The notes under the pieces were generated by a model. That model did no database searches and had not been told where the DNA came from. It worked only from the letters and a program-made list of their open reading frames with translations. A DNA stretch of 64,000 nt, from the NCBI RefSeq assembly GCF_902713615.1, contig NW_024055900.1:62001-126000 (forward strand), in the 5' to 3' direction. Each line of letters starts with the position of its first letter. The first letter of the stretch is position 1. This stretch comes from Scyliorhinus canicula. Its lineage: Eukaryota. Of the stretch, positions 38,240 to 52,290 are shown in pieces. The position numbers and the translations under genes were made by a program.

Positions 38240-38660
38240 GCTCGCGAGCCCAGGGTGTGATGAGGAAGGGTTAACCTTCGACAAGTTAAGACATAGAGAA
38301 ATGAGTCATCCACAGTGCTATCAAGCAGCACGTCCTGAGCAATAACCTTCTCACGGACGCTCAGTTTGGGTTCCACTGGAGTCACTCAGCTCCTCGTTAC
38401 AACCTTGGACATAAGAGTTGAATGCGAAAGGTGAGAATAACTGCCCTTGACATCAAGGCAGTATTTGACCGAATAAGGCATCAAGGAGCCCTAGCTAAAC
38501 TGGATTCCATGGGAATAAAGGGGAACTCTCCGCTCGTTGGAGTCATATCAGGCACAAGGAAGATGGTTGTGGTGGTTGGAGGCCAACCATCTCAGCTCCA
38601 GGATATCACTGCAGGAGTTCCCCAGGTTACTGTCCTGGGCCCAACCATCTTCGAACCCAG
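38240..38660 (+). mobile_element. Decayed CR1/L2-type RT fragment
   Basis: ALDIKAVFDRI and GVPQ.TVLGP motifs. Confidence 0.75.
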
Positions 38661-38766
38661 ATCCCCAGATCATCATCCTGGGTGTCTAGATTACTAGTCC
38701 AGTGACTATACCACTACGCTACCACCTCCCCTATAGAACACCACCTCTGAAAATGGGATAACTGCG

Positions 38767-39470
38767 TCAATCCCTTCTCACACATGAAACAGGTGAATGG
38801 TGCTTCCCAGTGTGAACCCACTGGTGATTCAGCAGGGTGGATGACTGAGTGGATCTTTTCCCACACACGGAGCAGGTGAATGGCCTCTCACCACTGTGAA
38901 TTTGCTGGTGAGTCAGCAAAAACGTGTTACTTTTAAAGCTCTTTTCCCAGCTGGAGCATTTAAAAGGTCTTAAGTCAGAGTGAATAAGTTGGTGTGAAGT
39001 GAGGTCAGTTAGTTGACAGAATCCCTTCCCACAAATGGAGCAGATGAACAGTTTCTCGTCGGTGTGAGTTCTCTGGTGTTTGTGTAAGTTAGATAACTGA
39101 GTGAATCCCTGACCGCACTCTGACAAGATGAATAGCCCCTCCCCAGTGCGACTACGTTGATGAAGTTCCAGCACAGACAGGGATCTGAATCTCTTCTCAC
39201 AGTCCCCACATGTCCACGGTTTCTCCATTGTGCTGGTGTCCTTGTGTCTCTCCAGATTGGATGATCAGTCGAATCCTCGTCAACACACAGAACGTGTGTA
39301 CATTATCCCCTCGCTGTGAATATTGTGATGTTTTTCACGCTGTGTGACTGGTTAAAGCTCTTTCCACAGTCAGTTCACTGGAACACTCCCACTCCGGTGT
39401 GTGTGTGTCTCGATGCTTTTCCAGTCACATTGATGTTTGAAATCTTTGCGCACTGACAGAACAGACAAAC
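38767..39470 (-). pseudogene. Degenerate C2H2 zinc-finger array gene
   Basis: MEKPWTCGDCEKRF... with HTGE(K/R)P-type linkers; several Cys/His losses, frameshift at the 3' end, decayed fingers upstream of ATG 39228. Confidence 0.88.
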
Positions 39471-41104
39471 ACATTGACAGTTTGTGATATTTAGATCCTA
39501 ATGAATTGAGTGACTGTCAGATCTTGATGTTATATTTGTTTCGAGTTGCCCAGCTGCCAATCCTCCTGTTCAAATGCTTGAAAAAGAAGTTTACAAAAAT
39601 GATCACTGTAAGAATAGGATATAAATTCACAACAGATCATTCTAGTTTCTATCGAACCTTCTTTCCTCTCTTGCTTTCCCCAAGCATGTGGTCCAGTCAA
39701 AATAAAAGACCAAAATCAGCTAGAAGCCCCAACAAAAGTTTTGGGAACCTTCCTAACTGAACCAGAATATTGTTCCCAGTGTCTCTGAAACTCTCTGTCC
39801 ACTCAGGAATCCACTGGTTGTGGAAGGTGTCAAGCATTCCGGTGGATTCCACATGCTCCCTCTGCAGTGCCACTGGGAATAGACAAGACCACGGAACAGC
39901 GGTAGGCAGCCAGAGTAACCACCCACCTCCAAGAGCCTCAGCCAGCTACAAATCACTGTTTTAACCAGAACCAAGAGTAGATTCAGGATGTCACATTGAG
40001 CACAAGCATATTAGATATTATAGACTGTAAGGTCCACAAACTCTGTCAAGGTGGCTGCAACTTAACATGTTATTATGGACATTAAACTGAGGGCGATATT
40101 CGAATCTGTGACCAATATTTAATTAAACACGGACCTGATTAAGGGAACTTTGCGGTCATCTGTGAAGTTTAAATGTCTCGTTGTGTCAGGATGAACCAGC
40201 ATTTGAGGAATATGAAATCTCTGGACTGCTGGTCTCCAAGTGCCATATTGAACACAGGAGAATGAGCTCGAATTGGGACAGAGATAAGCATGAGTGAGCA
40301 TCGTAAACTGCTATTGTATTGGGGTGTTCAGGGTTTCACACTTTTAACCCTGCAGTTAATTGTCAGGCATGAAGTGTAATAACCCCTGAACAATGCAAAT
40401 GTGTGTGTAAGAAGCATCTGAAGCACCAGGAACCAGCTGAACCAGCAGAGCTGAATGTCTCCCAGTGCAGCCACAGGACTGACCTTATTCCAGCTTCCAA
40501 GTCCACCTGAGAACCAACCTCCTCGCTATTCATCTACAAGAAGCTTCAGAGCCTCATGGCAATTATTTATTTCTAAAAACGCTTCACTCCAACTAAAGGA
40601 TCAGTTAAACAAGAAGACAACAGACCTGCAGTAATATAAAGATTGCAGTCCACATTCCATTTTCATCATTACACCATCAACTTGATCTGTACCTAATTTC
40701 CTGTATGTGTCAGTGAGTGTGAAAGAGACTGAGATGTTCAAACATCCAGGGAAATAGTGTGATAATAAATAATGTTCTATCCGTTAGAAATCACCAGTAA
40801 GCCTGCTGCTGAAATGTATTTTAAATAAAGAAATATCACCCTAATGGTGAAAAAATATCACACAAACATCCTGATATTGAACTGGAAAGGACCACGAAAT
40901 GTAATCAAACGCTGTATAACTCCCTTCAGGTTGCTATACAGAGGCTGCAGCCTCTCACACTGAATGTCTACGTAATCCAGAGGCACCTCCAGGTAACAAA
41001 CATCCATCAGCTTCAGCCTGGGAGTGGGTGAATTTTTTTACAAACCTGTTTTTCTTTTAAAACTTAGCGGGCACTAGGACCCAGCTGGGAACAGAAACCT
41101 TCAG

Positions 41105-41185
41105 GTTCCGCCCACCAGCTGTTGCTTCACCAAGACACCAGCGCATGCGCTCTGCTTCCCCAAGCTGGCGGATGTGACGCAGGGC
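41105..41185. promoter_or_regulatory. GC-rich promoter-like patch with NRF1 palindrome
   Basis: GCGCATGCGC at 41141-41150, TTCCGCCC and TGACGC nearby, lying between two divergent ZNF genes. Confidence 0.45.
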
Positions 41186-41704
41186 CTGGTCCCGGGAGAG
41201 AGAGCTGACCGGCGGTGGTGACCTGAGGATCACCACACCTCAGGCAAGGGGCCAGGTTGGGAAGGCGGTGCCTTCAGGAATAACTGGGAAGGTGATGTTT
41301 GGTCAGTTGCTGCAGACTGTGTAGTGAAGGTGCTGTCACAGTGGTGTGAGGCAGCAAGTTTAAAGTCATTTGGCACTGGCTGTGTAAAAACATTCTTCCT
41401 CGTACCTCCTGGACCATGTACATGCATAGATACAGAACAACGTAGTAAATAGAAGCAGGAGGCCATTTGGCCCTTTTGGGCCTGCTCCACCATTCATTAC
41501 AATCAGAGCTGATTAGGCTCAATAGCCTAATCCCGCTTTCCCCCATATCCTTTGATCCCCTTCACCCTAAGTGCTGTATCTAATTACTTCTTGGAAACAT
41601 GAAATGTTTTGGTCTCAATTCTTCCTGTGGCAACGAATTCCACAGGCTCACCACTATCTGGGTGAAGAAATTTCTCCTCACCTTTGCCCTAAATAATTTG
41701 TCAT

Positions 41705-42345
41705 AAAACACGGAACATACAGTGCAGAAGGAAGCAATTCGGCCCATCGAGTCTGCACCGACCCACTTAAATCCTAACTTCCACCCTATCCCCGTTACCC
41801 AATAACCCTTCCTAACCTTTATTGGTCACTAAGGGAAATTTAGCAAGGCAAATCTACCTAACCTGCACATCTTTGGACTGTGGGAGGAAGTCGGGGCATC
41901 CGGGGGAAACCCACGCAGACACAGGGAGAACGTGCAGACTCCGCACAGACAGTGACTCAACGGGGAATCGAACCTGCGACCCTGGCGCTGTGAAGCCAGT
42001 GCTAGCCACTTGTGCTGCCCGTGCTATCACGTATCCTCAGACTGTGACCCCAGTTTCTGGACACACCCACCATGGGGAATATCCTTGCTGAATCTACTCT
42101 GTCACGCCCTGTTAGAATTTTAGAGGATTCCTTTTTTTAATATGAATTTAGAGTGCATAATTTCTTTTCCCAATTAAGGGGTAATTTTAGCGTGGCCAAT
42201 CTAGCTACCCTGCATGTCTTTGGGTTGCGGGGGTGAGACCCAAACAGACACAGGGTGAATGCGCAAACTCTACACGGATAGTGACCCGGAGCCGGGATCG
42301 AACCTTGGCGACGTGAGTCAACAGTGCTAACCACTGCGCCATCAA
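41705..42345 (-). mobile_element. Two HE1-type SINEs
   Basis: Reverse-complement matches. Confidence 0.82.
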
Positions 42346-42670
42346 GCAGACCACATTTTATAGGTTTCTATGAGATCCCCCCTCATTCTTCTGAACTCCA
42401 GTGAATACAATCCTGACCGATTCAATCTCTCATACATCAGACTCTCCCATTACAGGAATCAGTCTGGCAAAACTTTGCTGCAATTCCTCTTTAGTTCGAT
42501 CATCTTTCCTCAGATAAGGAGACTAATACTGCACACAATATTCCAGCTGTGGCCTCACCAAGGCCCTGTATAATGGCAGCAAGACATTCCTGCTCCTCAA
42601 CTCAAACCCTCTTGCTATGAAGGTCAACATACCATTTGCCTTCTTTACCGCTTGCTTTACCTGCATGCTT

Positions 42671-43603
42671 ACATACAAACTAGGAGCAGGCCATTCGGCC
42701 CATCGAGCCCGCTCCTGACACACAAACTAGGAGTCGGCCCCTCGAGCCTGCTCCTTACAGACAAACTGGGAGTCGGTCCCTCGAGCCTGCTCCTTACATA
42801 CAAACTAGGAGTCGGTCCCTCGAGCCTGCTCATTGCACACAAACTAGGAGTCGGCCCCTCGAGCCTGCTCATTGCACACAAACTAGGAGTCGGCCCCTCG
42901 AGCCTGCTCCTGACACACAAACTAGGAGTCGCCCCTCGAGCCGGCTCCTTACATACAAACTAGGAGTCGCCCCTCGAGCCGGCTCCTTACATACAAACTA
43001 GGAGTCGCCCCTCGAGCCGGCTCCTTACATACAAACTAGGAGTCGCCCCTCGAGCCGGCTCCTTACATACAAACTAGGAGTCGGCCCCTCGAGCCTGCTC
43101 CTTACATACAAACTAGGAGTCGCCCCTCGAGCCGGCTCCTTACATACAAACTAGGAGTCGCCCCTCGAGCCGGCTCCTTACATACAAACTAGGAGTCGCC
43201 CCTCGAGCCGGCTCCTTACATACAAACTAGGAGTCGCCCCTCGAGCCGGCTCCTTACATACAAACTAGGAGTCGGCCCCTCGAGCCTGCTCCTTACACAC
43301 AAACTAGGAGTCGGTCCCTCGAGCCTGCTCCTTACACACAAACTAGGAATCGGTCCCTCGAGCCTGCTCCTTACACACAAACTGGGAGTCGGCCCCTCGA
43401 GCCTGCTCCTTACATACAAACTAGGAGTCGGCCCCTCGAGCCTGCTCCTTACACACAAACTAGGAATCGGTCCCTCGAGCCTGCTCCTTACATACAAACT
43501 AGGAGCCGGCCCCTCGAGCCTGCTCCTTACACACAAACTAGGAGTCGGTCCCTCGAGGCTGCTTCTTAATATAAACTAGGAGTCGGCCCCTCGAACCTGC
43601 TCC
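42671..43603. repeat. 34-35-bp minisatellite (about 27 units) derived from a CR1 3' tail
   Basis: Unit ~CTCCTTACATACAAACTAGGAGTCG(G)CCCCTCGAGCC(T)G; continues directly into antisense CR1 3' UTR sequence at 43604 onward. Confidence 0.92.
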
Positions 43604-43759
43604 ATCATACAATAGTTTTAACCTCAACTCCACATCCCTGCTAATCCCGATAACCTTTCACCCCCTTGCTTATGAAGAATCTATCCATCTCTGCCTTTAA
43701 AATATTCAAAGACTTGACTTCCACTGCATTTTAAGGATGCAAGTTCAAAGTCACAGAAT

Positions 43760-44818
43760 CCCGACGGTGCAGAAGGAGCCCAAGTCAGCACCAATCCTCC
43801 GAAAAAACACGCCACCCACCCACCCTACCCCATCCACATATCCCACCCAATGTGCACATCCTTGGAGATGAAAGGGCAATTGAAAATGAGAAAAAAAATG
43901 AAATGAATTCAACACCTAACCTGAAAATCTTTGAAATGTATGAGGAAATCGGAGTACCCGGAGGAAACCCACACAGACACAGGGAGAAAGTGCAAACTCC
44001 ACACCGTCATCCAGGGTCGGGTGTGAACCTGGGTCCCTGGTGCTGTGATGCAGCAGTGCTAACCACTGTGCCATCCTCTTTTTTACAACCCTGAAGAGAA
44101 AAAAAAATCTTTATCCCCATCTGAAATGAGTCACCCCTTATTTTGCAACAGTGACCCACTTGTTCCCACAAGAGGAAACAACCTCTCCACATCCACCCTG
44201 TCATGACCCATCAGGATCTTATATAGTTCAATCCAGGTTTTACCCAAAAATTTAAATCTGTGTCCCGGCTGCTTGTACGATCAGTGAATGGAAACAGAGT
44301 TTCTCTGTCCACCTGATGGAAATCTGGCATAATCTTGTGTCCCTGAATCAAATCTTCCCTCAACCTCCTTTGCTGGATCCATTCTGGTAAATCTCCTCTG
44401 CACCGTCTCCAAGAACCTTCACATCCTTCCTGAAGAGTGGTGGCCAGAGTTTTATAAAGATTCATAGAATAGAATTAGAACCATAGAATTCCTACAGTGC
44501 AGAAGGAGGCCATTCGGCCCATCAAATCTGAACTGATTCTCTGAAAGGGCACCCTGCCTAGGCCCACTCCCCTACCCTGTCCCTGTAACCCCAAAGGCCC
44601 ACCTGACCTGCACATCCGTGGACACTAATGGGCAATTTATCAAGGCCAATCCAACCAACGTGCTCTTTTTTGGTCTGTTGGAGGAATCCTGAGCACCGGT
44701 TGGAAATTCACGCAGGCACGGGGACAAAGTGCAAACTCCACAGAGACAGTCACCAAGGCCGGAATTGAACCCGGGTCCCTGGCGCTTTGAGGCAGCAGTG
44801 CTAATCACTGTGCCACCA
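43760..44818 (-). mobile_element. HE1-type SINEs flanking a CR1 fragment
   Basis: SINEs at about 43760-44075 and 44475-44818; RRLREDLIQ-like CR1 piece between them. Confidence 0.78.
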
Positions 44819-45221
44819 GAAGCATAGTTTGTGTGTCAGTATTACTGTTTATGAAGTCCAAGGTCGAATTTGCTTTGCCATCTACTCTCTTCAATATGAC
44901 TTGTAGATATACAAAATCCCTCTTCACCTCTTTCTCTCGTCTCCCAAAGAGGCCAGTTGGGTTTTTGTGACACTCCAGCAGTTTTCATGGTCACTTTTTC
45001 CCAGTGCCGGCCCCACAAATGACCAGATTAATTCAGCTCAATATCACAACCTGCCTTTGTGTTTTGTGGGTTCTCTCTCACTCCCTATTTTCTGTTTTGA
45101 ATCCATTTCACAGGGTGGTCGAAGGGGAGGCTTCAAAATCAAGAAACTCATACCAAGCATCACATCAGGATCTGACAGAATCCTCAATTTATCATACCCT
45201 GAACATCAGCGGATTTTGAAC

Positions 45222-46006
<785 letters not shown>

Positions 46007-46289
46007 TCACAGTGAAATGATTTTGATGTTACTCACATTCAGGGCTGAACCATGTTCATTTAGGTCTCTTTCTGCTGATAACAAACTCCAGCCCATTTAC
46101 AGGGGCTAATATTCTGTGGAAAAGTCAAGTTAATTAGATTTGTGTTAAACACGCAGTGTTGAAACTTTTTAACATCTCTGACAGAAGTTAGTTCCTTTCG
46201 AAGTTCTCTCGCTCTCCCCTGTCTCTTCCATCCTCACCTCCAACAGAAGTGTGAGGAGCTTGTGGAGGTTCTTTGTGACTGAGATTGAG

Positions 46290-46760
46290 TAAATCGTATC
46301 AGCTGCCTCTGCTGCTTCCCTCCCTTCCACGAGCGCACGGGACCAAACTGTCTCGAAATTTCATCCTTTCCCGAGCCCTGAACCCACATCTTTCTCTACT
46401 TTCTCTCCCATCTCCCCTCATGTCCTCTCAGACCTCAACTTGTCCATGAGACCCAGCTCCTGCCCCATCGACCCTATTCCCACTGAGCTACTGATCAGCC
46501 AACTACCCTGTGTCCATGGATATTGTCAACATTTCTCTCCCTTCAGGTACTGTCCCTCTGTCCTTCAAATCTGCCATCATCACCCCCTCCTTAATAAAAC
46601 AAAGCCTTGACCCTGCCATCCTTACAAATTACTGCCCCATCTTCAACCTCCATCTCCTCTCCAAACTATTTGAACTTGTTGTCACCTCCCAAATCCTTGC
46701 CTTTCTTTCCCAGAACTCCCATGTTTGAATCTTTCAAACAGGTCTCTGCCCTGTCACAGT
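46290..46760 (+). mobile_element. L2-clade LINE ORF2 fragment
   Basis: SC.IDPIPT and KSAIITP...SLDP..LTNYCPI.NL.LLSKLFE motifs. Confidence 0.75.
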
Positions 46761-46764
46761 AATG

Positions 46765-47085
46765 AAATATGTTCACAAGACCAGAAGACAAGGGTAGCAA
46801 CACAGTCATTATCGAGAGACAACAATACCTGCTGGAGACAGACAGAGAACAGAACAATGCAAATCACAACACCAAGCTACCGACACCCATACACCCGCGA
46901 CAGGAAGGAGAATTGGAGACAGACTGGAAGAACTCAAAGACTCCAGACACATTAACCAAAAACAACAGTTGGATCCAAGGAAGTTCTACCGGCTCCCTAA
47001 AATACCCAAACAAATGGACAGTACCAGGGAAATACCACCAGACAGACCCATCGAATCAGACTGTCAGAGAGAAAATCCAACAGAA
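46765..47085 (+). mobile_element. Penelope-like RT fragment
   Basis: DKG..TVII...Y and FYRLPKI-like motifs. Confidence 0.55.
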
Positions 47086-48383
47086 CCATAGAGTATACAG
47101 TGCAGAAGGAGGACATTCGGCCCATCGAGCCTGCACCGGCCCTTGGGAAGAGCACCCGTTTCAGTCCATGCCTCCACCCTATCCCCGTAACCCACCAACC
47201 TTTTTTTGGACACTAAGAGGCAATTTAGCATAGCCAATCCACCTAACCGGAACATCTTTGGACAGTGGAGAAAACTGGAGCACCCTCCCTCTTCTCTGTC
47301 TGGGTTCGGTTCTCCAGATCCTGCCTACAGACTGCAAAAAAAAATCAATGGGTCTGAATTGGGAGTTTGGGGCCTCCTCCTCATTGATTTGAGTGCAAAG
47401 TGTAAGCTCTTATTTATTATCCCCCTCCCCCATCCTCTGATGTGAACCACCCTCCAGTGTGTGAAGCAGGATGGTGCCCGTTAACCTGGGCTTGTTCCCA
47501 GGAGGGAGGGAGAAGCTCCATAGCTGCAAATCAGGGAGCTGACATTGATTGTGAACAGAGTAAGAAGTCTTACAACACCAGATTAAAGTCCAACAGGTTT
47601 GTTTCAAATGACTAGCTTTTGGAGCGCTGTAATATTTCTTACTGTGCTCACCCCAGTCCAACGGCGGCATCTCCACATGATTGTGAAGAGTTTGCTCCAG
47701 CTTACAATGCCCGGTGTCTGATGACGGCAGGTTCGGACCAATAGGAAGATGGGAGGTAGCTGGAGGACCGAACGAGAGCGGCTGGTCCTCCAATCAATCA
47801 GAGTGAATGGGAGGCGGAGCAAATCCGAGGCTCTTGCTCCCTGTGCATGCATCCGGCTGGCGGCTGGTACACCAACCAATCGGAGTGAACGAGAGGTGGG
47901 GTTGGTCCCGGATCTCCCGCATTGGCTGACACGCTGCATAATTTTGAAAGCAGATTTGTCTCAAACTGCAGGAGAAAACTGGAATTTCTGTTTGTGGCTT
48001 TAAACAGATGAGACCCTGTGGTGTGTAGCAAACATTTCAACATTTGTTACTGAAATGTGGCAACATGATGAACCAATCCACCAATAATTCAAGGACTTAC
48101 TTCAAGGAATAACTGGCAGACATGAAATGCCACCACTAGAACAAGAATTGTTTTTCATTGCAATAACGAGGACAGGTTAGGGGGAAGGTTAATACTGTGA
48201 CCATACAAAGGTGGCACGGTAGTGCAGTGGTTAGGACTGCTGCCTCACGGCCTTGAAGTTCTGAGTTTGATCCAACTGCAATTCTGTCGTTTTCAGGTTT
48301 CCCATCACACTTATGCACATAAGCACCCCACACACACTCACAGACACACAGAAGCACCCACACACTCACAAAGGGACACTGTT

Positions 48384-48730
48384 TGGGCAGCACGGTAGCA
48401 TTGTGGATAGCACAAATGCTTCACAGCTCCAGGGTCCCAGGTTCGATTCCAGCTTCTGTCACTGTCTGTGTGGAGTCTGCACGTTCTCCCCGTGTGTGCG
48501 TGGGTTTCCTCCGGGTCCTCCGGTTTCCTCCCACAGTCCAAAGATGTGCAGGTTAGGTGGATTGGCCATGATAAATTGCCCTTAGTTCCAAAATTGCCCT
48601 TAGTGATGGGTGTGGTTACTGGGTTATGGGAATAGTGTGGAGGTGTTGACATTTGGTTGGGTGCTCTTTCCAAGAGCCGGTGCAGACTCGATGGGCCGAA
48701 TGGCCTCCTTCTGCACTGTAAATTCTATGT
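48384..48730 (+). mobile_element. HE1-type SINE
   Basis: Full head, core and tail. Confidence 0.9.
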
Positions 48731-49227
48731 AACTTCCAGCCCGATAAGATGGACATTTTTCCTCACACTAACCAACTTGACTGTTATTGCAGTTAAGTCC
48801 ACAATTTTGGAGAAGTTCAAGTGAACCTATTCCTTTGGGACTGTGAGGAGTTTTAACAATCCGGTGATCAGTGTGAGATTGTATACAATGCAGGGCACCA
48901 TCCTTCAAAAATTGCAACAAGTACTTTCCTCTTGGCATTACCGATGATGCTAATTCCCCTGAGTTTGATGGGGTGATGGAGAGGAATCTAAGACATGTTG
49001 TTGAGATCTACCATGCGGAATTAGTGAGGTCTTGCGACACTAAAACTCAGTAGAAATTTGAGTTAAAACTTCTTGGATGCAAACAAGAATCTTTTATTGC
49101 TTCTATTTGATTACAATTAGAAGCTTAAATATTATTCTCTAATAAGTTCAGCTAGCAAAAGGACTTAAAGAGAAGCAACCTATACACGATTCAACATTCA
49201 AAATAATACAGAAATGGTTTCTTGCTT

Positions 49228-50093
49228 CCCCATGCAGGAGGCCTCCTCCGCACGCACCCACTCGGCCTTTGGCTCCTGGATCCATCCCCTTACTCGCTCG
49301 GCTGTTGCCGCCCAGTGGTAGAATTGTAGATTTTGGAGGGCTAGCCCCCCCCCCCCCCCCCCCCACCCTGGATTTTGTTTTTTGTAGGACCTTCTTTGGG
49401 ATCCTAGCATTTTTACCCCCCCCCCCCCCACCCCCCCATACGAACGCCATGATAAGTTTGTCCAGCGCTATGAAGAAGGCCTTGGGGATGTAGATCGGAA
49501 TGGATCTAAACAGGAAGAGGAACCTGGGCAGTACGTTCATTTTGATCATCTGGACTCTCTCCGCGAGGGAGAGTGGGAGTGTGGTCCATCTTTGCAGGTC
49601 CTTTTTTACTTCCTCCGTCAGGCTGGTGAGGTTCCATTTGTGGATCCCTTTCCAGTCATGGGCTATTTGGATCCCCAGGTCGCGGAATTTGTGTCGGGCT
49701 TGTTTGAACGGCAGCCCCATTAGTGCTGCTCCTCCCCCCCCCCCCCCCCCCCGCCTTGCGGGTGTACTGGGAAGATCTTGCTTTTGCTCATGTTGAGTTT
49801 GTAGCCCGAGAAGGCTCCAAACTCTTTCAGGAGTGCAATGATTCCGTCCATGCTGCTCTGGCGGTCCAAGATGTAGAGGAGCAGGTCATCTGCATAGAGT
49901 GAGACTCTGTGCTCTCTGCCTCCCCTTCGGATCCCCCTCCAATTTTTTGCTGCCCTGAGCACGATTGTGAGTGGTTCGATTGCTAGTGCGAACAGCAGCG
50001 GGGGCAGTGGGCATCCTTGTCTGGTGCCCCTGTGCAGCTGGAAGTATTGGGAGTTGGTATTGTTGGTCCGTACGCTCGCCATGGGAGCGTTGA
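49228..50093 (-). mobile_element. Internal ORF2 fragment of the same L1 family
   Basis: Closely matches about 62490-63300 in reverse (GTRQGCPL, LYADD, RYLGI region), with expanded G/C runs. Confidence 0.92.
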
Positions 50094-51049
50094 ATAGGTT
50101 TCCTTTTCTGAGGGAGGATGTTCTTTCTCCAGCGAATGTTATCCGGATTGATTCCAGGGATGGCGGAACTGTCATATGAGGAGCGATTGACTATGTTCTA
50201 TTACAGCGCTGCACAGTAGAAAGGGCTTGAAAGCTCAATAACCCTTTCCAGAAATATTTAGGGATGACGGCTCGCCCTAACCGCGTTCCTGGACACTGCA
50301 GCTGACCCCCTCCCAAAACAAAAAAGAAAGGGAGTAAAGTAAATAGAAGATTAATGTTACATGTAACAAATTGGTTCCTGTCTAAAAAGAAATTCAGATT
50401 GTTTCAGATTTGCAAGATCGGATTTCAGTTTGAGATTAAGGCATTCAAGCCGCCCAGCCCAGTTCCTCCGAGTTAAACTCGGCAGTAATCCAATTCATTT
50501 GAGTTTTTAAAAACTAGTAAGATTCTTTCCACACTGATTTAAGTAGCGAACATTTGGAATTCAAACCAGCTTAAAGGACAAGAAAGAAATTTGAGTAAAA
50601 ATTAGAGGAAAGAACAAAATAAATGTTTAGATTATGTGCAGGGACGCAATGGCGTTCGGAGTTTCCCCGCCCACTCTCCGCCCCTTTAGGTTTTGTAGGA
50701 AAACTAACTATTTCAGGAGACACTTGATCTGTTTTAAATTGTGCAAAAAAGAAATATATGTCTCTAAGAATAGCTAATGTCTACAAAATCAATCATTGAA
50801 AATTGACTTAAATGGAATAAAATAAATAAAAGTGTTCTGATGAAGGCGAACGGAAGATCTTGTTGAGTATTTTAATGAAGCGATTGTGAAATTGCTGTCT
50901 CTTTAGGAAGCTGTAGCCTGAGAGAAAGTTAAATGTTAACTGTAATATTTCGAGCTGTGAGAATGTGTATGTTTGGCATGTGGATGTTCATGCATCCCTG
51001 CTAAGATCTATCTTCTGGGAAGTAAACTTGAGTTTATAATTTGGAAGTA

Positions 51050-52290
51050 TAGAACAAGAACTACAGATCACAAGGGGGAGCCAGTCGATGTGGCGCATTT
51101 GGACTTTCAGAAAGCATTTGGCCAAGTCCCGCATAAGAGATTATTGTGCAAGTTTAAAACGCATGGAATTGGGGGATGTGCATTGAGGTGGATAGAAAAC
51201 TGGTTGGCAGAGAGGAAACAAATGTAGGAATTAATGGGTACTTTTTAAATTGGCAGGCAGTAACTAGTGGGTTGCCACAGGGATTGGTGCTGGGACCCAG
51301 CTATTCACAATATACATTAATGTTTTGGATGAGGTAACAAAATGTAACATCTCAAAATGTGTAGCTGATACCACGTTGGGTGGGAGAGTAAACTGTGACG
51401 AGGATGCAGGCATCCTACAGCATGATCTGGACAGGTTGGATGAGTGGGTACATCAATGGCAGATGCAGAATTATTTGGATATGTGTGAGGTTATTCACTT
51501 TGGATGCAAAAACAAGAAGGCGATTACCACCTGAACGTTTGCAAATTGAGAGAGAGGAGTGTGCAGAGGGAACTGGGTGTCCTTGTGTACCAGTCGCAGA
51601 AGGCAAGCATGCAGGTGCAGCAGGCAGTAAAGAAGGCGAATGGCACGTTGGCCTTCATTGCGAGACGTTTCGAATACAGGGGCAAGGATGTGTTGCTGCA
51701 ATTATACAGGGCTTCGGCGAGGCCAGACCTGGAATATTGTGCACCGTTTGGTTTCCTTTTCTGAGGAAGGATGTTCCTTCTCTCGAGGGAGAACAGCGAA
51801 TGTTATTCAGATGGATTCCAGGGATGGCGGAACTGTCATATGAGGAGCGATTGACTAGGTTAGGATTGTTCTTGCTGGAGTTCAGAAGAATGAGGGGCCA
51901 CGGCATAGACTTATAAAATTCTAACAGGACTAGAAAGGGTAGATGCAGGGAAGATGTTCCCAATGATGGGTGTATACAGAACCAGGGATCACAATCTGAG
52001 GATTCAGGCTAAACCATTTCGGACAGAGATGAGGAGATATTTCTTCACCCAAAGAGTGGTGAGCCTATGTAATTTATTACCACAGGAAGTTGTTGTGCTA
52101 AAACATTGATTATATTCAAGTGGCGGCTAGATATAGCACTTGTGCCGAATGGGATAAAAGGTGATGGGGAGAAAGCAGAATTAGGCTATTGAGTTGGATG
52201 AGCAGCCTTGATCAAGATAAACGGCGGAGGAGGCTCGAAGAGCCAAAAGGCCTCATCCTGCTCCTATCTTCTATGTACCTATGTATCTAT
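51050..52290 (+). mobile_element. Decayed CR1 RT/3' fragment
   Basis: DFQKAF, QQAVKKANG and LGLFLLEFRRMRG motifs, with 3' tail. Confidence 0.88.

Noticed and set aside
42669-43536. Repetitive ORFs and a CRISPR-like look
   Set aside because: Head-to-tail minisatellite without unique spacers in a vertebrate genome; not CRISPR and not a gene
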